Of a DNA stretch of 64,000 bases, positions 40,615 through 50,479 are shown piece after piece; positions within the stretch are counted from its first letter, which is position 1; the number at the start of each line of letters is the position of its first letter. Below the pieces are notes generated by a model. The model saw only the letters and a program-made list of their open reading frames with translations. It made no database searches and was not told the origin of the DNA. The position numbers were made by a program, and so were the translations under genes. The stretch covers positions 32,001 to 96,000 of IMG/VR virus record IMGVR_UViG_3300021959_000011, one strand, 5' to 3'. Origin of the DNA: a virus.

Positions 40615-40944
40615 TTAAATTACCCCTTCGACTTCTTCACTTTCTTTTTTCCATTCCTCAATAACTTCGTCCATCTCTGTCAAAACAGGATTTTCCAGAC
40701 CAAGTTGTCTATCGATTGCGGCGTTTACAAATATATTTATAAAAGAAAAATCATCAACTAATTTATCCATATCTGTGTCTATATTATTATACTCCAAGTA
40801 ATCTACACATAAATTAATTACATCCATCGATAATTCTTCTGAGTATTTCAGTGTATCTTCATACGCTCCGTAGTTTTTAAATCCTTCTACTGGCGATTTC
40901 TGCTTCAGTTGAAAAATATGAGTGGCATCTACTACATTGGTCAT
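40615..40944 (-). CDS. Hypothetical acidic protein
   Basis: 109-aa ORF with AGGAGG SD. Confidence 0.6.
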   Translation of the reverse strand: MTNVVDATHIFQLKQKSPVEGFKNYGAYEDTLKYSEELSMDVINLCVDYLEYNNIDTDMDKLVDDFSFINIFVNAAIDRQLGLENPVLTEMDEVIEEWKKESEEVEGVI

Positions 40945-40965
40945 GTTAACCTCCTATTATTATAA

Positions 40966-41676
40966 TTATAGACCTTTTTTATCTTTTAAAATAATATAAT
41001 TTTTAACTAACTCGCTTCTCACAATATCAGATTGATGAAATTCAATAAATGAAAATTCTGGCATGTCTTTAATAATTTCGATAAAATCACTTATACCATT
41101 TCTTTCAGAAGACTTACTAAAGTCGGATTGTCTAAAATCTCCACAGAAAATAATTTTACAATTATCTCCAATACGTGTAATGATACTGTCTAGTTCATGA
41201 AAATTTAAATTTTGACATTCATCAACTATAATGATTGTATCTTCTAATGTTATACCTCTGATATAGGATGTTGTTAGAAAATTTACGGCATTCTTTTTTC
41301 GTAAAATTTCATACGCATCTCCTCTCTGGAATATATTAGTAAAGATTGATTTATATGGTGCTTCGTATACCTCCGTTTTTTGTTCTTCTGTGCCAGGCAA
41401 GAAACCAATATCTCTAGTTGGTACTACACTACGCACAATAGTTAAATTCTTATACTGATTTTGTGGGTCTAAAACTTCACTCATTCCAAGGTAACAGGAT
41501 ATAAAAGTTTTTCCTGTACCAGCTAATCCATGCAAAAATAAATTTTTGTCGTTCTCATACGCCGTCCAAACTTTGTCTTGCGTAAATGTTATAGGTGTTA
41601 TTTCCTGTAAATTAAAATATGGTTCATTAAGTACTGATTTTCTTTTTGCATTTTGTTTAGTTTTATGTCTACCCAT
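40966..41676 (-). CDS. phoH: PhoH-family ATPase
   Basis: GLAGTGKT, RDIGFLPG, YIRGITL, IVDECQN, CGDFRQSD, DIVRS. Confidence 0.95.
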   Translation of the reverse strand: MGRHKTKQNAKRKSVLNEPYFNLQEITPITFTQDKVWTAYENDKNLFLHGLAGTGKTFISCYLGMSEVLDPQNQYKNLTIVRSVVPTRDIGFLPGTEEQKTEVYEAPYKSIFTNIFQRGDAYEILRKKNAVNFLTTSYIRGITLEDTIIIVDECQNLNFHELDSIITRIGDNCKIIFCGDFRQSDFSKSSERNGISDFIEIIKDMPEFSFIEFHQSDIVRSELVKNYIILKDKKGL

Positions 41677-41724
41677 GTTTACTCCTTAGTTGGACCACCC
41701 ATAGTATAAAATATTCAAATGTGG

Positions 41725-41988
41725 TTATTGAAATTTAGATTCCCTTTTTGCAGCCCCCGGCATCTTTTTAACTTGGTCTAAAACTCCACTTCTAAAGTCA
41801 GTTGGCAGTTTCTGTACACCATATGCAACTGGGTCGCCAAGTGTTACTTTTGTAATCGTTTGTTGGATGTGTCCGTTACTACCACAGTCAGGACAATCTT
41901 CACTTAATGGTAAATGTCTATTTGACATTGAATTCATTTTTTCAAAAGAATGGTCACATTCTTTACATTGATATGAATATGTTGGCAT
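41725..41988 (-). CDS. FmdB-like zinc-ribbon protein
   Basis: MPTYSYQCKECDHSFE...CPDCGS; start moved to 41988 because of the AGGAG SD. Confidence 0.85.
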   Translation of the reverse strand: MPTYSYQCKECDHSFEKMNSMSNRHLPLSEDCPDCGSNGHIQQTITKVTLGDPVAYGVQKLPTDFRSGVLDQVKKMPGAAKRESKFQ

Positions 41989-41998
41989 TATATAACTC

Positions 41999-42787
41999 CT
42001 AAATGTTTTTATAATATAAAATAATATCGTGGTCTGCAATAAGTTTCAGTAGAGGCCTTCTACTGAAAAAACTGTTCCATCTACTTTTCCATCTTGTTTT
42101 AAAAATCTTCCATGCTGATGTTAGATGTGTTGTATTATCCATTTCTACATGGATGTATTCTCCCATGTGCGTATAAAGTAAACCAAAAGGTACTGATGGT
42201 ACAATATCTGCACCATGCACATGTCTGTAAAATTTTGATTTGACTGATTGACAATATTTTTTTGTACCCACTCTTGGTTGTCCAAATGTATATACCTGTC
42301 CAATGTACTTTGAGCGTGCGGCAGCAACCGTGGCAAGGGCGCCACCAAGACTATGACCAGTAAAGTATACAATATCACCTTTAGTATAAGTTTCGTCTAG
42401 CACTCGTTCTACATCATTCCAGATGTTATCTAATGCACCAGCAAAACCACGATGCACCATTCCTTGTTTTTCTCCCTTAGTGGGGAAAAGATTTAAATCT
42501 GCAACAACATCTTTTAATTCAGTTGGTTCTGTACCCCTAAATGCAATAACAATAGATTTACCAGACTTGAATAACATGGCCTCTGTACCATCTACATCAA
42601 AGTATGCGAGTTTAGTAACTTTATATGATTTTAAGTGTTGTTTAACTGTTTGCTTATTATCTGACAAATAAGCAAGTGCGGAAAACAAAGACATTTGTTT
42701 TGCAATATTTCTGTCATAATTAACAGATTGTGATATACTATTCCATTTTCCGAGCTCGTCAATAAGCTCAATCTTTTTTTCTTTCAT
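41999..42787 (-). CDS. Class 3 lipase (alpha/beta hydrolase)
   Basis: IAFRGTE, VHRGF, GHSLGGALA, YTFGQPRVG, DIVPSVP; probable start MKEKK at 42787. Confidence 0.9.
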   Translation of the reverse strand: MKEKKIELIDELGKWNSISQSVNYDRNIAKQMSLFSALAYLSDNKQTVKQHLKSYKVTKLAYFDVDGTEAMLFKSGKSIVIAFRGTEPTELKDVVADLNLFPTKGEKQGMVHRGFAGALDNIWNDVERVLDETYTKGDIVYFTGHSLGGALATVAAARSKYIGQVYTFGQPRVGTKKYCQSVKSKFYRHVHGADIVPSVPFGLLYTHMGEYIHVEMDNTTHLTSAWKIFKTRWKSRWNSFFSRRPLLKLIADHDIILYYKNI

Positions 42788-42791
42788 TCGT

Positions 42792-43346
42792 CTACTCCAA
42801 GTCCGTATCCCAATAAACATAATCAATCCAAGTTAGGTGCAGTTTTTGGTATTTTTCCTTACTGATACCTCTCATCAAATGGGTGTTTGATGGCACTACT
42901 GGTTTATTTATAGGATACATTCCAATCTCTTTGGTGAGTCGATTTCCTTTCTTTGTATTGCACCGCCGACATGCAGTTACAATATTATGCCAAGATGTGT
43001 TACCACCACGACTTAATGGTAATACATGATCGAATGTCAAATCTTTTGTTGGAAATTTTGTATTGCAATACTGACATTTAAATCTATCTCTTGCAAAAAC
43101 ATTAAGCCTAGTAAATCTAGGTGTCCTATGAGTTTTTACGTATGATTTAAGTGATATTACTGATGGTACATACATCTTGAAAGACGCACTATGTACAACA
43201 TGTTCATCATATTCGTGTACAACATTAACTCTTTCAAGCAAGGTAGAAGTAACTGCTTCTTGCCATGTGCAAGTAGATAAGGGCATTGTTGCCAGTGGTC
43301 TATAATCCGCATTCAGAACTAAAGTCTGAACATTGTTTGGTATCAT
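42792..43346 (-). CDS. HNH endonuclease (McrA-like)
   Basis: LVLNADYRP, RDRFKCQYC, DHVLPLSRGG, WHNIVTACRRCNTKKG. Confidence 0.92.
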   Translation of the reverse strand: MIPNNVQTLVLNADYRPLATMPLSTCTWQEAVTSTLLERVNVVHEYDEHVVHSASFKMYVPSVISLKSYVKTHRTPRFTRLNVFARDRFKCQYCNTKFPTKDLTFDHVLPLSRGGNTSWHNIVTACRRCNTKKGNRLTKEIGMYPINKPVVPSNTHLMRGISKEKYQKLHLTWIDYVYWDTDLE

Positions 43347-43407
43347 GAAAGTTTCCTACACAACCAACTCTATCTAATTTTATTTAGTGGAGTAAAGTTT
43401 TCCGAAG

Positions 43408-43665
43408 TTACGTTTTTGGAAACTCTATAATATTTTCTGCATTGGAAGTGCCATCATTTTTGGTCAAAAGATCAGTCATTAACCTGTCCAGTGAATCTTT
43501 AGACATTGTGATATCATTATCACCAAATAAATACTCACTATCAATGGCATTATCAACGTACCCAAGTTCTGCATCTTTTAAAAATTTTATATCTGATTCA
43601 ATCTGGTCTAAACGTTTACAGATTGCATTTAAAATTGTTAATGCAGTATCTTCGAATGGTGTCAT
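43408..43665 (-). CDS. Hypothetical protein
   Basis: 85-aa ORF; promoter TTGACA-17-TACTTT at 43695-43723. Confidence 0.6.
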   Translation of the reverse strand: MTPFEDTALTILNAICKRLDQIESDIKFLKDAELGYVDNAIDSEYLFGDNDITMSKDSLDRLMTDLLTKNDGTSNAENIIEFPKT

Positions 43666-43726
43666 TTTAGAATCCTTTTTGTATTTTGATTAATAAAGTA
43701 ACATTTTATTCATCATTTGTCAAGCA

Positions 43727-45769
43727 CTATTTTGTTGTTGCTATAAAAACACCATTCCAATCTTCTGGTAAATCCTGAGTTTCCATGTATTCGCACCTTT
43801 CTTTCCACATCCTGTAATAACCTTCCATACGTCCATCAAAATGGTCAACCAAACCTTCACACAAATACCCAGCGCGTACAAATTCCTTATTACGATAGTG
43901 CTTTAACATTTCATCATGTATTCTACCACTAACTCTATAGTGATTTTTAATATTATCTAATGCGGTGTAAATACTTATACCTATAGTCTTTCCTTTGACT
44001 GCAAGATCATCTAACTTCAGATAAAAGAAATCATCTTTTGTTCTATTATAGGTTTCTTCTCCAATTAACAAAACCATACCATATTCTTTACACTTTGATT
44101 CTATTCTCGCAGCAGTTGATACAGAATCCCCCAATACGTCATACGAGTGTCTTGCAGTACTTCCCATTTCACCCAAATAACCAAGACCAGTATTAATACC
44201 AGCCCCCATACCAACTGGAGGCCTACCTTCACTAGTAATTTTTTCATTGAACTTTTCCACAGCATTTAACATATCAAATGCAGTTTGTACTGCAGTCTTG
44301 GCATGGTTTGGATCATCTATAGGGGCATTATGAACATGCATACTTGCATCACCAATATATTTGATAACCATACCTTCACTATCAAGAATTGGTTGTGTGA
44401 TTGCATCCATATAACCATTCATAATCTTAGTCAAACCTTTTACGTCATCACCAAAAGATTCTCCTAATGGTGTGAAACCACGCAAATCGGAAAAACAAAT
44501 ACTAATCTCTTTTTTCATACCATCTTTGATAAGTGAAGGATTTTCTTGTAACATGCGTACAACTGTGGGAGATGCATAACCGGCAAATTGTTTTTTGATT
44601 TCTTGTTTCTCTAAAAATTCACTGATAAACTTTACTGAGTATCTAAAAGTACCTAATAAAAGTAACAAGAATGATATCGTAAGTCCATCAATCAAAAATC
44701 CATATTGATTAAAAATGTATACTGTACTGTACATTATACCCACTAATGTAAACGTAAAGAAACATAATCCAATATAAGTCCAGTTTGATAACACAATTAA
44801 TAACAGTCCAATAACTATCAATGCAGTAATTTCGCCCCAGGCCTTTGCATCTGGGTGTCTTGAAATATTTGAGTCGTTGAATACTGTGCCCAACATGACT
44901 GCCTGCATTTCGTGCGGCCATATACCACCTTTTGCAGTAGAGATAGGTTGTGCAATCCCACCAGCACTAACACCAACAAAAACAACACCACCATTAAAAT
45001 TATCTGGTAAGTTTTCACTACTCACAGAAGTATATCCCTGAGACCAATCAATCCAGATTTCACCAAGGGCGTTTGTCTGAATAGAACCAAATTGTGGAAT
45101 TCTCAGTTTATCTACGCCGAGGGGGGATAGTTTAATTTGAAATGAAGGATCTCCAGCAATAACTCTTAAAGTCTCCATTGTTACATTTGGATATAAAACT
45201 CCACCACTTTCAAACACAAGGGGAGCTCTTCTTGTTACACCATCCAATTCTGGATAAGTGTCAGTTATCCCTGTACCAAGTGCAGTACCTTCAAGTAATT
45301 CAATATTAGTTGTGATGCCAGATATACTTGGAATGAGATGCATATACTGACTATTAATAATTCCAGCGCCAGGGTTATATGGTTCATTTTTGTTCTCCTC
45401 TGTACCTATCATTGTTAAAATGACAGGATACTCATTTAAAATATAAGATAATTCTTCATCTTCTCCAAATCTATCTTTTTCGCTCATAAGTACATTAAAT
45501 ACAACTAGTCCAGCACCTCTATCGTAAATATCTTGGATAATCTCCCCATAAATACTTCGAGGAAATGGCCATTGTCCATATTCATCAATAGTTGTTTCAT
45601 CTATATTGACTGTAAAAATATTATTTTGTTGTATTGGTTGACTTGTAATAAGAGTGTCAAAATATCTTAACCTAACACTCTCAACAAAATTTGGATTGAC
45701 ATGATAGATCCATGTCAGACATGCGAGTAGTAAAATACTCCATACAGGTGAAAGTAAAACTTTTTTCAT
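43727..45769 (-). CDS. CHASE2-domain class III adenylate/guanylate cyclase
   Basis: GQWPFPRS and DGVTRRAPL (CHASE2), three TM helices, FSDLRGFT, KYIGDA, GAGINTG, YDVLGDSVSTAARIES, VKGK. Confidence 0.93.
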   Translation of the reverse strand: MKKVLLSPVWSILLLACLTWIYHVNPNFVESVRLRYFDTLITSQPIQQNNIFTVNIDETTIDEYGQWPFPRSIYGEIIQDIYDRGAGLVVFNVLMSEKDRFGEDEELSYILNEYPVILTMIGTEENKNEPYNPGAGIINSQYMHLIPSISGITTNIELLEGTALGTGITDTYPELDGVTRRAPLVFESGGVLYPNVTMETLRVIAGDPSFQIKLSPLGVDKLRIPQFGSIQTNALGEIWIDWSQGYTSVSSENLPDNFNGGVVFVGVSAGGIAQPISTAKGGIWPHEMQAVMLGTVFNDSNISRHPDAKAWGEITALIVIGLLLIVLSNWTYIGLCFFTFTLVGIMYSTVYIFNQYGFLIDGLTISFLLLLLGTFRYSVKFISEFLEKQEIKKQFAGYASPTVVRMLQENPSLIKDGMKKEISICFSDLRGFTPLGESFGDDVKGLTKIMNGYMDAITQPILDSEGMVIKYIGDASMHVHNAPIDDPNHAKTAVQTAFDMLNAVEKFNEKITSEGRPPVGMGAGINTGLGYLGEMGSTARHSYDVLGDSVSTAARIESKCKEYGMVLLIGEETYNRTKDDFFYLKLDDLAVKGKTIGISIYTALDNIKNHYRVSGRIHDEMLKHYRNKEFVRAGYLCEGLVDHFDGRMEGYYRMWKERCEYMETQDLPEDWNGVFIATTK

Positions 45770-46041
45770 GACAACTTTTTCTTTATATACAATACTACCG
45801 CATAAACTGTTAAAAGATACACTGTTGCGATACTAACATCTACAATATGTTCTCTCATATTATATATAAATTCTATTCCTGCCTGAACATCTCCCTGACC
45901 ACCTACACCAACATTTTCTGTAATATTGATTGTTTTGCCTTCGAACCCGTCAAAGGCGCCATCCTCAATAATAATTTCACAATCGTCACATTCGCCGTCT
46001 TGCCAAGGTTCTACTGTTTGATTAATTTCAATGTCATTCAT
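45766..46041 (-). CDS. Small acidic protein with C-terminal TM helix
   Basis: 91 aa, CDDC motif, ATGA overlap with the cyclase. Confidence 0.65.
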   Translation of the reverse strand: MNDIEINQTVEPWQDGECDDCEIIIEDGAFDGFEGKTINITENVGVGGQGDVQAGIEFIYNMREHIVDVSIATVYLLTVYAVVLYIKKKLS

Positions 46042-46048
46042 TTTTTCC

Positions 46049-46747
46049 TCAATTCTGTGTCACATTTACTGTACACCCAGATGAATTAGTGCAATAATTT
46101 GTAATAGAGATTGATTTTGATGCTGGGTCTTGGTAACTTGATCCAAGTTGTTGTATATTTGCTGTCACGGGCCCGCCAGCATTTGTTACATTGATAGTTG
46201 CTGAGTTATTAAGTGAACGTTGGTAAAGAGTAACATCGTTGTCATCACCTGTCACATAGATACCACCATAGGCTACACCATAACTGTCGCTGTTATGTTT
46301 TACTGTATTACCATCACCAGTTATATAAGTCTCACTTTCTTTGTGTCCACCCCAACTACCACCACTACTATTATTGATTAACCGACTCATTACAGTATTT
46401 TCATCACCTGTTATTTCTACAATAGTTTCTCTGGTGTTGCCATTGTTTTGTCCGGCCGCATGACTAGTTCGAACTATGTTTTCATTTCCAATCATTGTCA
46501 CATCTACAACACTGTTATCACTTTTATAACCTCTACTCCACCCTACTGCATTACCATTTAAGTCAATACAATTACTGTCAGCATTAGGTGTGGCACAATA
46601 ACGAAATTCGTTATCCCGTCCATCTTGAACCACAGTAAGTTCAAGATTGTCGCCAACTTGATTGATATAAATTTCGTTACTATTGGACTTGGATGATATT
46701 AATAGTGTTATTACCAACACCAAGCCGATAGTTATATATTGCTTCAT
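46049..46747 (-). CDS. Curlin-like secreted beta-solenoid protein
   Basis: Signal peptide; NEIYINQVGDNLELTVVQDGRDN and repeated ITGDxN. Confidence 0.75.
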   Translation of the reverse strand: MKQYITIGLVLVITLLISSKSNSNEIYINQVGDNLELTVVQDGRDNEFRYCATPNADSNCIDLNGNAVGWSRGYKSDNSVVDVTMIGNENIVRTSHAAGQNNGNTRETIVEITGDENTVMSRLINNSSGGSWGGHKESETYITGDGNTVKHNSDSYGVAYGGIYVTGDDNDVTLYQRSLNNSATINVTNAGGPVTANIQQLGSSYQDPASKSISITNYCTNSSGCTVNVTQN

Positions 46748-47795
46748 CTTGTTGCTCCACGTTTATCGTATACCCATATTCTTGGTTTAATTCTAAATCA
46801 ATATAATGAGTAATGGATGCATCTTCTCTACTAAACTTCCAATTTGGTTCTTCAACTTCTAATGTTATTCTTGTGGCTGGATCGTATCCAAATACTTTAT
46901 CTGCAAAAAATTCTTCGTTCTGTTTTTGTAACTCATCTTTAAATAATTCCGCCAATGCTAGGTTCATCGTGTCTAACATATCATGCAACAATTCTTGTAA
47001 ATATAAGTCAGTATTATTTAGTTCAGTTACCCAGATGTTTTTGATATCGTCTAAAAGTACATCTTCATCCAACCCATCATATTCTAAAAAGTCAATATCT
47101 AAAAAATCATAAATTTTTCGCGCCTTGCGTACAATTTCTTCTTCCTCTTCTATATATGGAGATTTCTTTCTAAGAATTAAGAGATTTGTAATATCGGATT
47201 CTTCTAAAGGTAATATTAATGGTTTTAACGGTGGGGTCCAAGATTGTTTTACAATAGTTGTTTGATAAGATTGATTCATTATAACAATACCATTATCATT
47301 TTCTACAGTAATTTCACCAGTAACACAATATCCACTTATATCACAACTAGGCAGTAATGTAACCATTGTGCCACCAATTTCATCTACAACCATTACAAAA
47401 TCCGTGCCACGCACATTAATCTTTGCACTAGGAGTTCTTATGTTTACACGCTGTCTACTATTCTTTGCAATTTGACCACTTGCGTATCTAACTGTACCCA
47501 GAGTTGCCCTTAAACCCAATCTACCAGTACGAGTATTTGGATCATAAACAAAATCATCGATCAACAATCTTGCATGTTCTGTAATATCTACTCTAGTTTC
47601 ATCAACAAAATCGATTCTCATTCTACCCTTGGCAGTAACAGCAGTATCCATAGGCATAACACCTACGCCCCTGCCACCATCAATAACTTGATTATCTCTT
47701 TCTAACACTCCACTACCACTAAACTTACCTATTTCACCGGCACTACCAAACGCATAAGTTGGTATCAACAATAATAGACTTATTATCCTAAACAC
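46680..47795 (-). CDS. FecR-domain periplasmic protein
   Basis: Signal peptide; VTAKGRMRIDFVDET, IRTPSAKINVRGTDF, GEITVEN. Confidence 0.85.
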   Translation of the reverse strand: MFRIISLLLLIPTYAFGSAGEIGKFSGSGVLERDNQVIDGGRGVGVMPMDTAVTAKGRMRIDFVDETRVDITEHARLLIDDFVYDPNTRTGRLGLRATLGTVRYASGQIAKNSRQRVNIRTPSAKINVRGTDFVMVVDEIGGTMVTLLPSCDISGYCVTGEITVENDNGIVIMNQSYQTTIVKQSWTPPLKPLILPLEESDITNLLILRKKSPYIEEEEEIVRKARKIYDFLDIDFLEYDGLDEDVLLDDIKNIWVTELNNTDLYLQELLHDMLDTMNLALAELFKDELQKQNEEFFADKVFGYDPATRITLEVEEPNWKFSREDASITHYIDLELNQEYGYTINVEQQDEAIYNYRLGVGNNTINIIQVQ

Positions 47796-47796
47796 A

Positions 47797-48525
47797 TTAG
47801 TCTCTCTGGATAATATCTACTTCGGCATTATCACCCACAAATGTTGCATCAACTTTTGTATCATAAATTCCACTTTGGTTTATACTAAACCAACCGCCAC
47901 CACCAGTAATACTTAATGTAACACTATGTCCGGCACTATCACCGGCACCAGATTGGTCAATCTTTACATAATTGCCAGGAGCTTCAGTAGCTAATCCAGA
48001 ATGACCGTCAGAAACTGTACCACTTGCAAGTGAATTTTCATTGTTTATTGTCACAGTAATATCTGCGGCCTTACCATCCTGATCAACATCAATGACGTTT
48101 CCATCACCAGTAATGGTAAATACGGCAACTAGGTCTTCCGCATCGCCGGTTTCACCAATTCTGAACAGAAATTTGTTATCATCTCCAGTTGTCGCAATAT
48201 TCAATGTGACATCTTCACAATTTGTACCAGAAGTATCATCACACGTCAGATCCACAGTATTGTCATCACCAGTAAATACCCACGTACCAGTGTAACTATT
48301 ACCTTTTATCAGTGCATCAATTTCATTAAAATTACCTGTTTGAGTAATTGAGAATGTCATATCATCACCATCTAAAAGAACATCTGTTGTAGAGTCACCA
48401 AACTCATTGTCCTGACCATCTTGCGTAATAGCTAAATCTAAATTATCACCAGATTGTGTAATATAGATATCATTAGCAAATACTGGAAACGAAAAGAATA
48501 TCAATGGAATTATATATTTCCACAT
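47797..48525 (-). CDS. Curlin-like secreted beta-solenoid protein
   Basis: Signal peptide ending VFA; NDIYITQSGDNLDLAITQDGQDN and repeated TGDDN/TGDGN. Confidence 0.75.
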   Translation of the reverse strand: MWKYIIPLIFFSFPVFANDIYITQSGDNLDLAITQDGQDNEFGDSTTDVLLDGDDMTFSITQTGNFNEIDALIKGNSYTGTWVFTGDDNTVDLTCDDTSGTNCEDVTLNIATTGDDNKFLFRIGETGDAEDLVAVFTITGDGNVIDVDQDGKAADITVTINNENSLASGTVSDGHSGLATEAPGNYVKIDQSGAGDSAGHSVTLSITGGGGWFSINQSGIYDTKVDATFVGDNAEVDIIQRD

Positions 48526-48546
48526 ATCTTATTTCTCCTTAATAAA

Positions 48547-49347
48547 TTATTTGAATTTCCATAATTTTTTATCAACACCTTCATAAACCAATTCTATAAT
48601 TCCCTGCTCTATCGCAGCTCTTACTGCATAATTTACAGGTTCGTTTACTGAAAAACCAGATTCTGTTTCTACGAGTTTTGTACCTAAATCCAAAAACTTA
48701 AAAACATCTGCGCCGGTTCTATAACTTGCAATAGATTTTTCTGTTGCAATACTCATTAAGACCTTACCAGTGTTAACGCTAACTAATCTCATTACGACAG
48801 TAACTGTATCTATTCTATATTCTGTTTGTGCGCCGATGCCAAGATATCTTCCACCAACACCACCTACAGCCGTATTACTGTCATAACCAACTACACCACC
48901 TTCTAAAATCAAACCCGCAAAAATCATAGGTTTTAATTTTATGGGTCCGTTTGGTAAATCCTTTTCGTATACCTCTCTTGTATTTCTAATAAGTTGTCTT
49001 TCTTTAATAAGGTTGTCCATACCAACTCTTTCAACAACCTCAAACCATTCACCCTGTCCAACATCCTGTAGGGCCTTTATAACCCAAACCTCCGAACCTT
49101 GTGTTACGGCCGAACTTAGATTTGCAATACCATCTGATGGTTTTCTCTGTCCAGTTTTATCCAAAAACTGATAGACTGCAATAGTAATTTTATCACCATC
49201 TATTGGTGGTACTGCTGCCAATCGTTCTTTGATAGGACTCTCCTGTGATACTGGAGAATCGTCCAAACTATTCAGAACATCAAGAGATTGCATTACTGCA
49301 CATCCGCCTAAAAAATTCATAAAAAATATTATAAAAAATATTCTCAT
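48547..49347 (-). CDS. csgG: Curli secretion outer-membrane lipoprotein
   Basis: Lipobox LGGC; AVYQFLDKTGQRKP, SSAVTQG, WFEVVER, LIKERQLIR, EGGVVGYDSN, NEPV. Confidence 0.95.
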   Translation of the reverse strand: MRIFFIIFFMNFLGGCAVMQSLDVLNSLDDSPVSQESPIKERLAAVPPIDGDKITIAVYQFLDKTGQRKPSDGIANLSSAVTQGSEVWVIKALQDVGQGEWFEVVERVGMDNLIKERQLIRNTREVYEKDLPNGPIKLKPMIFAGLILEGGVVGYDSNTAVGGVGGRYLGIGAQTEYRIDTVTVVMRLVSVNTGKVLMSIATEKSIASYRTGADVFKFLDLGTKLVETESGFSVNEPVNYAVRAAIEQGIIELVYEGVDKKLWKFK

Positions 49348-49809
49348 TTAAAATCCAAATTCTCCACTGCCTGGCACAGTAATTTCTGTAACAGTACCAT
49401 CATCACCAACAATAGTTAGTGTGATTTCACCAGTAGTTTCATCTCTAATCCAACTAATAGTTGAACCTTCAATCGATGCTGTACCTGTATTTGAACAAGT
49501 ATCAGTACAATCTGCAAACATCGAATCTACCATCTGTTTAGAAAGTTGTGCGTAAATTCTAGATTCAATGTTACGAATAAATTTATTTAGAGTTGTATTA
49601 TTCAATTCTCTTTCTATTCGTGCGGCCTCAGATTCTGCATCTTTTCGAAGTTCTTCTTTTCTATTATGTTGCAACTGTTCAACACTCAGTACATGAGTAG
49701 AATATCCATTACCATAATGAAATGCAGGGTTCTTAAATCCCCATGTCATTTCAGAACCATATACTGGAAATGTTAATAATAATATCACTAATATAAAAAA
49801 GATTTTCAT
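49348..49809 (-). CDS. csgF: Curli assembly component
   Basis: Signal peptide then SEMTWGFKNPAF; FIRNIESRIYAQLS; C-terminal TEITVP; adjacent to csgG. Confidence 0.85.
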   Translation of the reverse strand: MKIFFILVILLLTFPVYGSEMTWGFKNPAFHYGNGYSTHVLSVEQLQHNRKEELRKDAESEAARIERELNNTTLNKFIRNIESRIYAQLSKQMVDSMFADCTDTCSNTGTASIEGSTISWIRDETTGEITLTIVGDDGTVTEITVPGSGEFGF

Positions 49810-49817
49810 AATTATTC

Positions 49818-50108
49818 CTACTTATCTTTATTCTTTAAAAACTCATCTATTTCTTCTTCAGTTGGTATTTTTTGTTCTTTAGATTGTAAAATCATATTTA
49901 ATTTTGTATTTAGTCTAATTAAATCATTATCCATCATTCTTATGCGATCAATTAATGCAATCAAAGTCATATGAGATTCTTCGATTACAGGGTCGACTTC
50001 CTTAGTAACCCAATTCCAAATATAAAATATGAAATATCCTAGTCCTACCGCAGCGATTATTGGAAATCCATACTGCGATACTAAATCACCTAAATTTTGA
50101 TCTGGCAT
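49818..50108 (-). CDS. Single-TM coiled-coil protein (YvrJ/holin-like), paralogue of 50480-50767
   Basis: DLVSQYGFPIIAA...LIDRIRMMDNDLIRL. Confidence 0.7.
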   Translation of the reverse strand: MPDQNLGDLVSQYGFPIIAAVGLGYFIFYIWNWVTKEVDPVIEESHMTLIALIDRIRMMDNDLIRLNTKLNMILQSKEQKIPTEEEIDEFLKNKDK

Positions 50109-50311
50109 TATTCTGACTCAGACAAATCTTCTGGATTACATCTCATCAACCAACCATGTTCATTTACAACAAACTTATCGCCGGGCTTATAAAGGTGATA
50201 CTCCTTTACAGAATTTCCATCCTTATCCATTCCCATCACTTCGCCTGGCCAATCACCTTTGACTGTAAAATTATTGCCGGCCTGCTCAATACTATATTCA
50301 ACCCATAACAT
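50108..50311 (-). CDS. Small beta-rich protein (MLWVEYSIEQ...)
   Basis: Start moved to 50311; similar to 50298-50477. Confidence 0.6.
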   Translation of the reverse strand: MLWVEYSIEQAGNNFTVKGDWPGEVMGMDKDGNSVKEYHLYKPGDKFVVNEHGWLMRCNPEDLSESE

Positions 50312-50477
50312 TTTCAGCACCAATTTTTTCAAAGTACCCATTTGGGCCAACTCTATAAACATCACCGATTTGTAATTCAACATCATCAATGATAAAAAAT
50401 TTATCATCTGGATTTTTATTTGTCAAAATGCGAAAACCATTTTGAAATTTCATTAGTAGTAAATCTTTCCACAACAT
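50298..50477 (-). CDS. 59-aa protein (MLWKDLLLMKFQNGFRI...IGDVYRVGPNGYFEKIG)
   Basis: Hand translated; AAGGA SD; fills the gap in the operon. Confidence 0.6.
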   Translation of the reverse strand: MLWKDLLLMKFQNGFRILTNKNPDDKFFIIDDVELQIGDVYRVGPNGYFEKIGAENVMG

Positions 50478-50479
50478 AT

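Noticed and set aside
42792-43346. HNH gene as an intron-encoded homing endonuclease
   Set aside because: Flanking genes are intact and no group I intron core is visible
50312-50407. N-terminal extension of ORF 50108-50407
   Set aside because: Overlaps a better-supported 59-aa gene in another frame; MLW start at 50311 fits the paralogy
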